Virus record (IMG/VR): IMGVR_UViG_3300035497_000625 | DNA: 64,000 bases | Strand: one strand, 5' to 3' | DNA from: an uncultured virus (IMG/VR IMGVR_UViG_3300035497_000625) | Lineage: Duplodnaviria; Heunggongvirae; Uroviricota; Caudoviricetes | Shown here: positions 10,320-20,269 of the stretch, piece by piece | Numbering within the stretch: position 1 is the first letter of the stretch | Layout of the letters: each line of letters starts with the position of its first letter | The notes under the pieces: generated by a model | Databases searched by the model: none | Told to the model about the DNA's origin: nothing | Seen by the model: only the letters and a program-made list of their open reading frames with translations | Position numbers and translations under genes: made by a program

Positions 10320-13300
10320 TTAATATTCAGTTGCGCCGATAGCTGTATCGTCATCGTCAGCTTCACTACTAACCCTATACATTTCAGCATCATCAAGAAG
10401 GTTGAGGTTTTCAGTGTCCTTAACCATAGTAGAACCGTCATTTTCCTCGGTATTTTCTACTACATCGTATTGAACTAGCTTAACCATTACGCCATCATCT
10501 GGACGTAGAACCTTCATTTCCATTGAGAAGACTGTTGGATCTCCTTCAGCTTCCAATGTAATAGTCTGTTCACTAGACATCTTAGCTTGAGGAATAATGA
10601 ATTGGAATCTCTGATCTTCACCAGTAGTCTTATTTCTAGCGAATGTATCACCAACAATTCTATAAGTACCAGGGAATCTCTCAGCAGAAATTTCAATTGT
10701 ATTACCTAAGCTATTCTCACCATAAGCAACAGAACGAGTCCACTTTAAGTATACTTCGCCCTCAGCAATTGGAGTGCCATCCTCATAAGGTTGCATTGTA
10801 TTTAGATCAATGTAAACTGCTTGTGCAGTAAGATCACCTTCAGAAGGAACACCCTTACTATTGCCTGCTGGGATAATGAATGAACGTGCAGCTGTGCACT
10901 TTTCAGTTCTATCAATTCTCTTAGTATCCTTAACACCCTTAGTAAAGTCCTTATCCTTAGAAGAACCAAACATAGCGCTCATACTAGCAGGAGTGTAAAG
11001 AGCATCCTCAAGAGATAGAGTAATTTCCTTACCATAATCCCAAATAATTAGCTCGGCATTGCCTCTACCACCAGTAGCAGAAGTTTGTTCTGCAGTTTGT
11101 TCAATAGTAGAAACCTTTAGAGTATCTAGGAATAGAACTGGAGTATATTTCATTACTTTCTTTTTAATCTTCTTAACCTTAAAGCCTGATAGTTGACAAG
11201 TCGCATCAAATGACTCATCATCAACAGTAACAGTAGTAGTATGAATTACGCCATGATCTACTATTCTTTGACAGAGCTTATCATTAATATAACCTTTTTC
11301 ATTAACCATCCAAGCAACTTTTTCAATTTTCTTATTGCCGTGACGGCCAAGAGTAAAGATTATGCCTTTATTACCAATAACAATAAGTGCTAGATATTCA
11401 GTGCCTGCAAATACTGGATCTTGATAATATAGTAGGTTACCCTTTCTATCATAGAAACTAAAAATACCATCAACATCACTAGATAGAATCTTATAATTTC
11501 TATTTCTTAGAATATAGATATAAGCTCTTGCAGACATATCTACAGCGCCATCTACACGGACATAAATTGCTCTATTTGATGCTAAACCAGAACCATGTAA
11601 TTGATCAGATACACCGACAGTAATTTCATCTCCTGCGGAATTATCCAAATTAGCTGCTTGTTCTAGATAATCAAGAACACTAGATAGAGAGTACTTAGAA
11701 TATTTTAGATTTTTATTATCTAGAGCTACACCATCAGATAGAGGATAAGAAGCATCATCTTCAAATGTATATTCATAACGACCTAGATAATCTCCTATAC
11801 CATCAGCTGCATTTGGCTTTAGATCATTAGATACTTTATAACCACCAGAAATTTTGCTAAATCCTGATAGACCATCATCTTCAGAAGCATCCAAAATTTT
11901 CTTCTTGGCTCTTAATGCATCAATAGCATCATTGATACTATCATGAACGCTATTATCCCAAGTTACCGCGCCAGCAAGAACAGGATCAAGCTCTTTGTAG
12001 TGACTGTCAACATCTGTATAAGAACCAGTAATAGTCATTGTATAAGGAGTATTAACATCATTCTCTCTTGCATATCCAGAACCTAGTTTTGTCTGATCGT
12101 AATAACCCATTTCATCTTCTACAAATAACTCAGCATATAGATCATATTCAACATCATATGCTTTTGCAGAAATGCTTTGATTTAGTTTATTCATTTCCTC
12201 TTGAATTTCATCAAGTTTATAAAGAGCTTCTGATGTATGATTTGCATATACTAATACTACTTGTCTTTCTGAAGAATTTGGAGATACTGCATAGTTATCA
12301 TTAAAACTAAAATTACCAAAAATTGTCTCATAATCTTCAAAAGTATAACGAGTGCCCTTTCTAGTGATTAAGTTTTGATCTTGTGCAAATAACATTAAAA
12401 GTTGTTGTGCATAAGTATATTCATGAGTACCATCTGGACCTGCCATTTTATTTAGAATGAATTTTAAACCAATTGAAGTGTTTATAAGTGAAAAAGTATT
12501 CCCATCACGAGTAGGCACAGTAACGTCACTAGCAGTTTCTACTGCATCTCCGCCTAAAGTGGTAGTTAATCTTATTTGTAATCTTTCCTGTGTGCCATAA
12601 TTCTGTTCATTTTCGTCAAATTGTTCTTCAATCTCATCCTCATTTAAATCTAATGCAGACGCGAGTGCTTTAACGACATCAGTTTGTTTGATAATACCAG
12701 CGGTAATAGCCTCTTGCACAGTCATTTCAATAAAAGTGCCATCAAATGTAAAAGGTTTTATAGAATCTTTAAGTGGAACTAATACAGTTTCACTCTTTTC
12801 AAGAATACCATCTTGATAAATATCAGCATCTTTAGCATCTTTCTCAGTTACCTTGAATTTTACCTCTTGAACTGGAACAGAAATTTCAACATAATTATTA
12901 ATATTTCTTCTGAATTGATAGCTAGATTCTTCTACTATCTTAAATTTTATAGCAGTGCTTGTAACATTTTCAATTCTCATGCCAATCTGTAAAAAAGGAT
13001 TAACTAATGTATTTCTTCTTAAAATACTTGGAGCTGTTTTTTTAATAACATATTCTAGATCAAAATAAATCACATCACCTACTTTATAAGGATCAGCAAT
13101 TGAACTAGTAGTTGAATCAGTAGTTGAACTAGTGGTTGGATCAGTAGTTACAGAATTGTCGTCCTCTTCATCTACTGCCGTAGGTTCTGAATCAGCTTGT
13201 TTATTCTCATCTTCTTTAGATGTTTCTTGGTTAGCAGTTTCTTGATCAGATGTTGATAAAGCAGTAATAACTACTACACCATCTTCCAATTCAGCAAGAC

Positions 13301-13646
13301 CTTTTTCAACAAGCATATTTCCATCACCAGCAGCGAGCAAAGTGAAAGATCTATTCTCATCTAAAGTGCCAGTAACACCTTCGTCATCACAAGTATAATT
13401 AGTTCCAGTTAAAATCTCAGCTTCTGGAAAAACATAAGCTTCAAAACCGTCTTCTGCACCAACATATTCACCATTAACCTCAGTTAAAGGATAAACAGTT
13501 TTTAGCTCAACGGAACTCTTTAAAATAGAAGAAACCAAAATCTTTCTTTGAGATTCATAGGTCTCGTCTACTCTATCAATACGATAAAAAGTAACGTCTG
13601 CGACTTCCTTAATACCATATTTTTCAAAAAGGTTTTGTGCAGCCAT
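10320..13646 (-). CDS. Candidate major tail tube protein with about 810-aa N-proximal insertion (1108 aa)
   Basis: First paralog after head-tail genes, followed by a terminator; conserved core split between residues ~1-22 and ~833-1108. Confidence 0.6.
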   Translation of the reverse strand: MAAQNLFEKYGIKEVADVTFYRIDRVDETYESQRKILVSSILKSSVELKTVYPLTEVNGEYVGAEDGFEAYVFPEAEILTGTNYTCDDEGVTGTLDENRSFTLLAAGDGNMLVEKGLAELEDGVVVITALSTSDQETANQETSKEDENKQADSEPTAVDEEDDNSVTTDPTTSSTTDSTTSSIADPYKVGDVIYFDLEYVIKKTAPSILRRNTLVNPFLQIGMRIENVTSTAIKFKIVEESSYQFRRNINNYVEISVPVQEVKFKVTEKDAKDADIYQDGILEKSETVLVPLKDSIKPFTFDGTFIEMTVQEAITAGIIKQTDVVKALASALDLNEDEIEEQFDENEQNYGTQERLQIRLTTTLGGDAVETASDVTVPTRDGNTFSLINTSIGLKFILNKMAGPDGTHEYTYAQQLLMLFAQDQNLITRKGTRYTFEDYETIFGNFSFNDNYAVSPNSSERQVVLVYANHTSEALYKLDEIQEEMNKLNQSISAKAYDVEYDLYAELFVEDEMGYYDQTKLGSGYARENDVNTPYTMTITGSYTDVDSHYKELDPVLAGAVTWDNSVHDSINDAIDALRAKKKILDASEDDGLSGFSKISGGYKVSNDLKPNAADGIGDYLGRYEYTFEDDASYPLSDGVALDNKNLKYSKYSLSSVLDYLEQAANLDNSAGDEITVGVSDQLHGSGLASNRAIYVRVDGAVDMSARAYIYILRNRNYKILSSDVDGIFSFYDRKGNLLYYQDPVFAGTEYLALIVIGNKGIIFTLGRHGNKKIEKVAWMVNEKGYINDKLCQRIVDHGVIHTTTVTVDDESFDATCQLSGFKVKKIKKKVMKYTPVLFLDTLKVSTIEQTAEQTSATGGRGNAELIIWDYGKEITLSLEDALYTPASMSAMFGSSKDKDFTKGVKDTKRIDRTEKCTAARSFIIPAGNSKGVPSEGDLTAQAVYIDLNTMQPYEDGTPIAEGEVYLKWTRSVAYGENSLGNTIEISAERFPGTYRIVGDTFARNKTTGEDQRFQFIIPQAKMSSEQTITLEAEGDPTVFSMEMKVLRPDDGVMVKLVQYDVVENTEENDGSTMVKDTENLNLLDDAEMYRVSSEADDDDTAIGATEY

Positions 13647-13657
13647 TTTTTAACCTC

Positions 13658-14404
13658 CTATTCATCTTTAGAGCTTTCGCCCCAATATTTTGCTTTTATT
13701 TTCTTTGAATCTGCTCCAGCGCATATCATCCTAATATCATTATCCCACTTTTCTTTCTTTTGATATCTGGCAAGTAAATTATAAAAAGCAAACAAAGTCA
13801 CATCTTCATAATTAATTCCAAATACATGAGCAATTTCCAACATATCAACAAATGATTGTTCATTACCATTCTTTTGTTGTTGTTTTCTTTTTGCCGCGTC
13901 TCTAGCTTCACGCTTTAATCTAAAGCGCCTAGCAATTTCAGATTCATTTTCTGGTGGAGCTTCTTTTACAGGTCTTTTATTTTGAATCCTCAAAATTTCC
14001 TGTAATAAATGATAATTACCATCATTAATTAAACGTTTTTCTGATGGCGGGCCTATTAAGATTGAATTAATCTTAGGCAAGAATAATATGTCTTCTTTTA
14101 TAAAAGTAGAGAGAGCAGTTTGCAATTCTATAGAAAAACGCTGATCTTGATCAGCCATTTTTAATAAATATTCAATAGTATGGATGTCACCAATTTCTAT
14201 TGGTTCACTTGTTTTTCCATCAATCATTTTAAAGATATCAGCTTCTTCTAGTAAAAGTAAACCTAAACGCCTACTATATTCTTCCATACCAATAGTTATT
14301 ATTTCTTTAATAGTTAGTGGATACACTTGACATACACCAGGCAACCAAGAGGGAGCATTAACAAAAGCTTGTTCTTTTACTGTTTCATGATTAATTGAAG
14401 GCAT
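13658..14404 (-). CDS. Hypothetical virion assembly protein (possible tail chaperone)
   Basis: Long ORF in morphogenesis operon between head completion and tail genes; function from synteny only. Confidence 0.45.
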   Translation of the reverse strand: MPSINHETVKEQAFVNAPSWLPGVCQVYPLTIKEIITIGMEEYSRRLGLLLLEEADIFKMIDGKTSEPIEIGDIHTIEYLLKMADQDQRFSIELQTALSTFIKEDILFLPKINSILIGPPSEKRLINDGNYHLLQEILRIQNKRPVKEAPPENESEIARRFRLKREARDAAKRKQQQKNGNEQSFVDMLEIAHVFGINYEDVTLFAFYNLLARYQKKEKWDNDIRMICAGADSKKIKAKYWGESSKDE

Positions 14405-14906
14405 TTATATAAAACTCCATCATGTAACAACCCATCTCAGTGGATAAGTTTGAAACATTAAATCCCTCATAACGGATTTCGCCTAAACCATTAATCCTCT
14501 TGTTTTGCAAAGATTTTCTAACCTCGCTCATAATTGCGAATGGTCGCATTGTATCTCCTGTAATTGCCCATTCTTTAAAAGGACAATAGACGCTAACTAG
14601 TAAACTTAAATTTTCATTTTCTGCATTTGTAGAATTTGGTGTGCCACTGCGAAAAAGCAATACAATTGTGCTTTCAGTAGTAACTTCTTCTGCTTGTAAT
14701 AGAGGAATTACTCTTACATTCTTATGTAAAATTGTACTACCATCAATAATATCTGGATGTTTTTCTTTATTTAAAGGATCTAAATCCGTATTAATTAATA
14801 ATTTTAGTAGATCTTGATTCTTTAAAAGCTTTTTGGCTACTTTAATTAAATTTGGTCCTAATTCTTGACCATAATTTACTTTAGATTCTTCTCTAAAATC
14901 TACCAT
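14391..14906 (-). CDS. Putative tail completion/terminator protein
   Basis: 171 aa, synteny, GGAGTG RBS. Confidence 0.45.
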   Translation of the reverse strand: MVDFREESKVNYGQELGPNLIKVAKKLLKNQDLLKLLINTDLDPLNKEKHPDIIDGSTILHKNVRVIPLLQAEEVTTESTIVLLFRSGTPNSTNAENENLSLLVSVYCPFKEWAITGDTMRPFAIMSEVRKSLQNKRINGLGEIRYEGFNVSNLSTEMGCYMMEFYINAFN

Positions 14907-14917
14907 TTATATCACTC

Positions 14918-15640
14918 CTAACGATTATTTAAAAAGAAATTCATATCGTCTCCAACAAGTATATCTTCTGAAGAACGAGGTTCGTATTCTTCTTTTAAAC
15001 TTTCACCAAGAGATAAGTAAACAACATTTTCAATACTAATATTATCTTTTTCAGCTATTTCCCATCCTTTATCTTTATGAAGGAAATAAGTACCTTTCTT
15101 AAAGAAATCAAAATCTCTTGTCACACAAGTGAGACTTCTGTTAGGACCTCTATAGCCGCCATTATTTAAATTAAACGATTCCTTTGTAAATGTTGAATTA
15201 TTTGTGATCTTAACTGGTATAGTATGTAATGTATCACCATACTCATTAGTCAACATAATAACATCATCAAGTAAAACTAATTTATAACAATAATAGCCTA
15301 AAGTAATATTATCCTCATGGAATAATATCAAATATATCTTATCTACTTCCTTATCTCCAATCTTTTGATATATTTTAAGCATATCTCCAGTTTTAAGCTG
15401 TTTTTCTTTTCTAGATATTAATAAATTTGATAACTCCTGAGATTCATTCCATTTATTAGGTTGTAATGAAGCAACAATATGAGAACATTCATCGTTAATT
15501 TGATGGACTAATACTTGATAAATAGTTTGTTTCATGAATAATTCATCAAACTCATGGATTTTTTCACCAACAATACGTGAACGCATATCATCACCGTAAA
15601 GATTTAATCGTTTTAAATATACATCTTTAAAATAATCCAT
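14918..15640 (-). CDS. Putative head-tail adaptor/closure protein
   Basis: Synteny; start taken at MDYFKD (15640). Confidence 0.45.
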   Translation of the reverse strand: MDYFKDVYLKRLNLYGDDMRSRIVGEKIHEFDELFMKQTIYQVLVHQINDECSHIVASLQPNKWNESQELSNLLISRKEKQLKTGDMLKIYQKIGDKEVDKIYLILFHEDNITLGYYCYKLVLLDDVIMLTNEYGDTLHTIPVKITNNSTFTKESFNLNNGGYRGPNRSLTCVTRDFDFFKKGTYFLHKDKGWEIAEKDNISIENVVYLSLGESLKEEYEPRSSEDILVGDDMNFFLNNR

Positions 15641-15893
15641 TTTCATCAATCCCATCAAATAAATTCATACATTCAAAAATTGTTTTTCTATAATATTTGA
15701 ATGAAAGATATTTACAAGTATTTAACTTGTAATATAAGAAATAGTAATTAGTTGTTCTCTTGTCCTCTGGATATCCCATTAGCTCCACTAAAACAGTATC
15801 TAAAAATTTTTCCCATTCTCCATTTTTCTCTCTTTCTCTCAATAAACCATAAAGTTTCTTTTTCATTAACTCTTTATATCCATTATCAATCAT
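15627..15893 (-). CDS. Hypothetical protein (88 aa)
   Basis: Overlapping start/stop coupling with both neighbours. Confidence 0.6.
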   Translation of the reverse strand: MIDNGYKELMKKKLYGLLREREKNGEWEKFLDTVLVELMGYPEDKRTTNYYFLYYKLNTCKYLSFKYYRKTIFECMNLFDGIDENGLF

Positions 15894-16356
15894 GTCTAGG
15901 ATACCTATGAGATTTTCCGCCGACTAAACGACCATAGTCATAAGTTTTACGTTTACGTGAACGATAATAAATATGCTCAAGATGCCTAGCATCTTCTTCT
16001 GTTTGTGTTTGTAAGTTAATGAATTGAGATAATAAATTTGCTTGAGAAAAATCCTTTTCAGAATATTGAGTTTTAATATTTTTCCAAGATAGAACAGTTC
16101 TTCTTAACCATTCTAACTTCATAAAAGTTGCAATAACTTGAATTTCATCTTGACCAAAAGCTTCATCTACAAAACCTTCTTCTTGATTATATTCTAGACT
16201 GCAACGTGGATAACGAAAATAAGGTAACGCACTTTCAAGAATTGATTCCCAATCGGCGAGAATCCATTCCATATCGTCATCATGACCGCGCGCCCACTCA
16301 TCTTCTTCTATCTTAGCTAAGAATGCTTGATAAACAGTCATAAGAGGAGTTGCCAT
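15886..16356 (-). CDS. Putative head-tail connector protein
   Basis: 156 aa, helical, second gene after the capsid gene; synteny. Confidence 0.5.
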   Translation of the reverse strand: MATPLMTVYQAFLAKIEEDEWARGHDDDMEWILADWESILESALPYFRYPRCSLEYNQEEGFVDEAFGQDEIQVIATFMKLEWLRRTVLSWKNIKTQYSEKDFSQANLLSQFINLQTQTEEDARHLEHIYYRSRKRKTYDYGRLVGGKSHRYPRHD

Positions 16357-16365
16357 TTATATCAC

Positions 16366-16833
16366 CTAGTCCTCTTGATTAGAAACTATTTTCAATATAT
16401 CCCTGCCAGTTAATTCCTTTAAATAACTACACTTTTCAACATCCACAATTTTATTATCAATAGCATAATCGATTAATGCATCTACTTGATCCTTAGATAG
16501 TTCATGTATTTTTGTCTTAAAATCCTCAAAATTTGTAACTTTTAGAAGATTAAGCTTTTGACCATCATTAAGAACAATGATATTTTCAGGTTGCTTAGCA
16601 TCCGCTGGCTCAAGTCCTAAATCAATCTTATCTTGCATATCATCGATATATAAAATACCAGTTTCAAATAGATATTTTACACCATTTTGCCACAAAGCTT
16701 GTTCTAGAACATCAAAAGGAATTGGATAAGTTACACCTATACCTCTCCAAACTCTATTAATGCCAAACTCAGGCAACTTCATTACTACAGTTCTATTTAC
16801 AGTATTTCTAACTTTAACTTGTCTTCCTTGCAT
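16366..16833 (-). CDS. Hypothetical virion-associated protein (155 aa)
   Basis: AGGAGG RBS; directly after capsid gene. Confidence 0.6.
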   Translation of the reverse strand: MQGRQVKVRNTVNRTVVMKLPEFGINRVWRGIGVTYPIPFDVLEQALWQNGVKYLFETGILYIDDMQDKIDLGLEPADAKQPENIIVLNDGQKLNLLKVTNFEDFKTKIHELSKDQVDALIDYAIDNKIVDVEKCSYLKELTGRDILKIVSNQED

Positions 16834-16855
16834 TATTTTTTCCTCCTTTTAACTC

Positions 16856-16887
16856 AAAAGGCAAGTGAGAATATCCCACTCACCTTT
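16856..16887 (-). terminator. Probable terminator after major capsid gene
   Basis: Imperfect stem-loop followed by U-run on the minus strand. Confidence 0.5.
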
Positions 16888-16905
16888 CATTTTATATTTA
16901 TTTAA

Positions 16906-17979
16906 TTACTTAGTTGGAACTTCGTACTTAGTATCAGCTTCATTTGTTAATGTAGTATTTTGATATACACACCAATCATGAGTAGATAGAATAGCACAAC
17001 CCATCTTCTTGTATGCTTGAATTTCCATAGAATTGTCTCTATTTTCCCAATCCTTAACGATAGTTTCACCTTCAAATACTATCTTAACAATCTTTTCATT
17101 ACCAGTTGGGAATACATAAGCAACACCAGGATTGATCTGAGTTGTTGTATTAGTTTCATCAGTGAAAGATTGAGGAATCATAATAATTGGATTACCTCTA
17201 AACTGTTGAATGTAACCAGTATTATGAATTGCAGAAATATCTTCTGGAGCATATACTGGAGTGGCACCGCCTGTGTCATTTTTCCAAATTGGAAGACCAA
17301 TAGCATCTGGACCCATTGCAGCTATAAACTCTGGAGGAGCAAATATAGTAGCTGAGCCACCATAAGCTCTACAAACAGCACATAGTCTTGCCATTGAATC
17401 TGGATCAAAATCAGGACTTACAACAATATTTGCAGATGGTCTATCAACCTGATTAATAGTTGCTAGAAGTGCCTTTTGAACCTCACCCATAACAGCCTCT
17501 TGAATACCTTCAAGAATTAGACTCATTGGTTCTGCTAGGTCCTCATCACCAGAAAGGAATCTCTCAAAATCGATATAAGCCGCGCCGCCAATTGCGTGTG
17601 CACTAACTTCAAAAGTCTCCTTATCTAGTCTAAATGCCTCATAAACGCCAGATAGACCTACTTCAGTAATAAACTGCTTTGCACGTCTACGACCTCTTCT
17701 TCTTACAAATTGAGCCTTTTGGTTGTGACCAACTGTCTTAATCTCTGCAAAAGTGCCCATAAATTCTTCAACATACTTTGGAAGAATCATATCGTTAGTT
17801 TCTTGTATAATTTCAAATACATCTAGCTTATTTCTACGATAAGCATTATATGTACCTGCTAGTTCTTTTATCTCTGCTCTAAGTGCCTCATTTACATCTT
17901 GATTACTATACTTAGTAGGATCAGGAGTAGTACCTCTTAGGCTATGTAGAGCCAATTCTTTAATATCTTGTAAATTCAT
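16906..17979 (-). CDS. Major capsid protein (HK97 fold, inferred)
   Basis: 357 aa, very strong RBS (AAGGAGGAGG), order terminase-portal-protease-X-capsid, followed by terminator. Confidence 0.8.
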   Translation of the reverse strand: MNLQDIKELALHSLRGTTPDPTKYSNQDVNEALRAEIKELAGTYNAYRRNKLDVFEIIQETNDMILPKYVEEFMGTFAEIKTVGHNQKAQFVRRRGRRRAKQFITEVGLSGVYEAFRLDKETFEVSAHAIGGAAYIDFERFLSGDEDLAEPMSLILEGIQEAVMGEVQKALLATINQVDRPSANIVVSPDFDPDSMARLCAVCRAYGGSATIFAPPEFIAAMGPDAIGLPIWKNDTGGATPVYAPEDISAIHNTGYIQQFRGNPIIMIPQSFTDETNTTTQINPGVAYVFPTGNEKIVKIVFEGETIVKDWENRDNSMEIQAYKKMGCAILSTHDWCVYQNTTLTNEADTKYEVPTK

Positions 17980-17999
17980 AATCTAAACCTCCTCCTTAA

Positions 18000-18734
18000 T
18001 TAAGCATTTGTTGTTACAGGCTTATTAATAACTTGGAACATAAATGATAGAGTTCCATCTGCGTTTGTATATGCTTTAACTACTCTTGTATAAATACCAC
18101 CAATTGCTTGCGTATTAGCATCAACAGTCGCGCCAACAACGAGTTGACCTTCAGAATCAGTTGTTAGTATAGCATAAATTACATTTCCTTCTTTAAGAGC
18201 GTCTCTAATATTTGCCCAAGTGGCCCTACTAGCTGCAACGACATCTCCATCTACATCAGCTGTTTTAACTGCCTTAAAAGATGTAGCTTGTTCATTAATG
18301 AGAACTGTGTTAGTAGTAAATCTCTCACCAACAGAAAGAAAACCTATTCTAGGATTAAAATCATTAGCAGTCATATAATAATTCCTACGACCAGGAGTAA
18401 ATTGATTATAAATCTTCTCAGTAGAATAGTTAACACCAACTGGAAGACCTTTTTCATCTGTTGTTGCTGTAGGAACAGTAGCAATGCCATTACCATTACC
18501 TAGACCAGTTAGAGGAGCTTTATCTACTGCTAGAAATTGTCCAACTTCACCATAAATCTTGCCATCAGATGCATTACAAGCACAGCCCATAGTCTTAATA
18601 TCAGATGTAAATACTTTTGGATCTAGCTTGCATTGTGCTTCAATAGCACCGTTTCTTGTAAACCATACTTGGTTAGGCTCAAATTGACCAAAACCTTGAC
18701 GGTCAAACTTGTAATAATTTTCATTGATAGCCAT
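18000..18734 (-). CDS. Putative capsid decoration/cement protein
   Basis: 244 aa between scaffold and capsid, GGAGG RBS. Confidence 0.55.
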   Translation of the reverse strand: MAINENYYKFDRQGFGQFEPNQVWFTRNGAIEAQCKLDPKVFTSDIKTMGCACNASDGKIYGEVGQFLAVDKAPLTGLGNGNGIATVPTATTDEKGLPVGVNYSTEKIYNQFTPGRRNYYMTANDFNPRIGFLSVGERFTTNTVLINEQATSFKAVKTADVDGDVVAASRATWANIRDALKEGNVIYAILTTDSEGQLVVGATVDANTQAIGGIYTRVVKAYTNADGTLSFMFQVINKPVTTNA

Positions 18735-20269
18735 TACTTATTACCTCCAATCTTTTTATGTTTTAATATTAGCCTTTCACAGCCACTTAATTCAGATTCG
18801 CTCTTCATTGAACTATTCTTAAATACCAATGGAGCTTCGACCTCTTCCTCTTGTTTCTTACTAAATACATTTGGATTAGCCTTATATGCAGTTAAACACA
18901 TATCTTTCTCTAAATCTTCAACTGTAAAACTATCTTTTTCTAATTTATATCTATCAAGAACATCTTCCTCAAGAACACCATCAAATTGATTTATGATTTC
19001 ATCCTTTTTCTCACTCTCAATCTGTTTCTTGAAAGCAAGTAGTTCTTCATTTTCTTTTAGAATGTTTTCTTTTTCCTTTTGGAATTCAGTCTTTTCATTT
19101 TCGAGTTCTTGAACTTGTGCCGCGAACCTATCTCTTTCTTCAATTAGAACCCTTTCCATTAGAGAGCTGTTGCAGCCCTTCTTGTCATCATCATCCTTCT
19201 TGAACTCTTCTTGATCCTCTTTATCTTTCTTAGAATCATCCTTTTTAGAATCATCCTTAGACTCATCATCCTTAGAGTCTTCTTTTTCGTCCTCTTCCTT
19301 AGGATCTTCTTTCTTAGCAAAATTTTCATTTAGATTTTCGTAAGAGCCTTCATTCATAGACTTCATAGCTTGAAGCGCATTAAATTCAGATTCAGTAACA
19401 TCAATCATAAAGCAAGTTGTAATTTCGCCAAGAGTAACACTAGAATCGTCCTTAGTATAAGAAACTCTTTCATAACTATCAGTCTTAAAATTATAACATA
19501 GAGCATATTCATCAAATACATCTATCACTTGATAGTCAGGGTATAGAGCATCTTCAGCAACGTTCTTATTTAGCTCAGCAAAAATTAAACTAAATTTTTG
19601 ATTGTCAGATAATCTAAAATTAGTAAAATTAGCTTTCTCCATTACCTTATTCTCCTCCTGTTCTTCAATTTTTCTTATATATTCAGTTAAACCTTGAATA
19701 TCTTTACATAGACTAAAGAAAGCACTTCCTTCAAAACAAGGTTCTTCTGCAATACCTAGAACTTGCAAACCAACAAAACAGCCTTTTGTAAAGTAAAACA
19801 TTGGCTGTCCATCATCTGCAATTCTCCATTCTCCATCCATCGTCTCTCTAAAAATCTCCATAGACTGGGATTTTCCTAAAATCTCTTGAGCTTCTTGATA
19901 CAATCCTGTAAATAGATATACATCACAGCAAAGATAAGAACGTACTATGCCATCTATATCAGTATGTTCTTCATAGACGGCATTGGGATTTTCTGGTACT
20001 ATTCCATAAATACGTCCTTCGCAATTATCTTCTCCATGATCAGTAAAATCTTCATCAAGAGAATCATAAATGCCTTTGATTGGAGTATAAGGTAAAGACT
20101 GTTCAAGCTGGATAGCGAACTCGTCTGATATAAAAGTGCGATTGCGATTTAGTCCTTTATAGAAAATTCGGACTCTTGCCTTTGATAATACATCATTAAT
20201 TGGCTCAAGTTCACCATAAGGTTCAATAGAGACTCTTGACATATCTTCATTAAGTTCCACTATTGGCAT
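18734..20269 (-). CDS. Prohead protease / scaffold fusion (511 aa)
   Basis: Start moved to MPIVEL (GGAGGTG RBS); N-terminal NRNRTFI...QSMEI...GLQVLG..EPCFEGS protease-like domain plus acidic coiled-coil C-terminus. Confidence 0.7.
   Translation of the reverse strand: MPIVELNEDMSRVSIEPYGELEPINDVLSKARVRIFYKGLNRNRTFISDEFAIQLEQSLPYTPIKGIYDSLDEDFTDHGEDNCEGRIYGIVPENPNAVYEEHTDIDGIVRSYLCCDVYLFTGLYQEAQEILGKSQSMEIFRETMDGEWRIADDGQPMFYFTKGCFVGLQVLGIAEEPCFEGSAFFSLCKDIQGLTEYIRKIEEQEENKVMEKANFTNFRLSDNQKFSLIFAELNKNVAEDALYPDYQVIDVFDEYALCYNFKTDSYERVSYTKDDSSVTLGEITTCFMIDVTESEFNALQAMKSMNEGSYENLNENFAKKEDPKEEDEKEDSKDDESKDDSKKDDSKKDKEDQEEFKKDDDDKKGCNSSLMERVLIEERDRFAAQVQELENEKTEFQKEKENILKENEELLAFKKQIESEKKDEIINQFDGVLEEDVLDRYKLEKDSFTVEDLEKDMCLTAYKANPNVFSKKQEEEVEAPLVFKNSSMKSESELSGCERLILKHKKIGGNK

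Noticed and set aside
3000..13646. Inteins as the cause of the tail-protein insertions
   Set aside because: No C/S...HN splice-junction motifs or LAGLIDADG blocks recognised at insert borders
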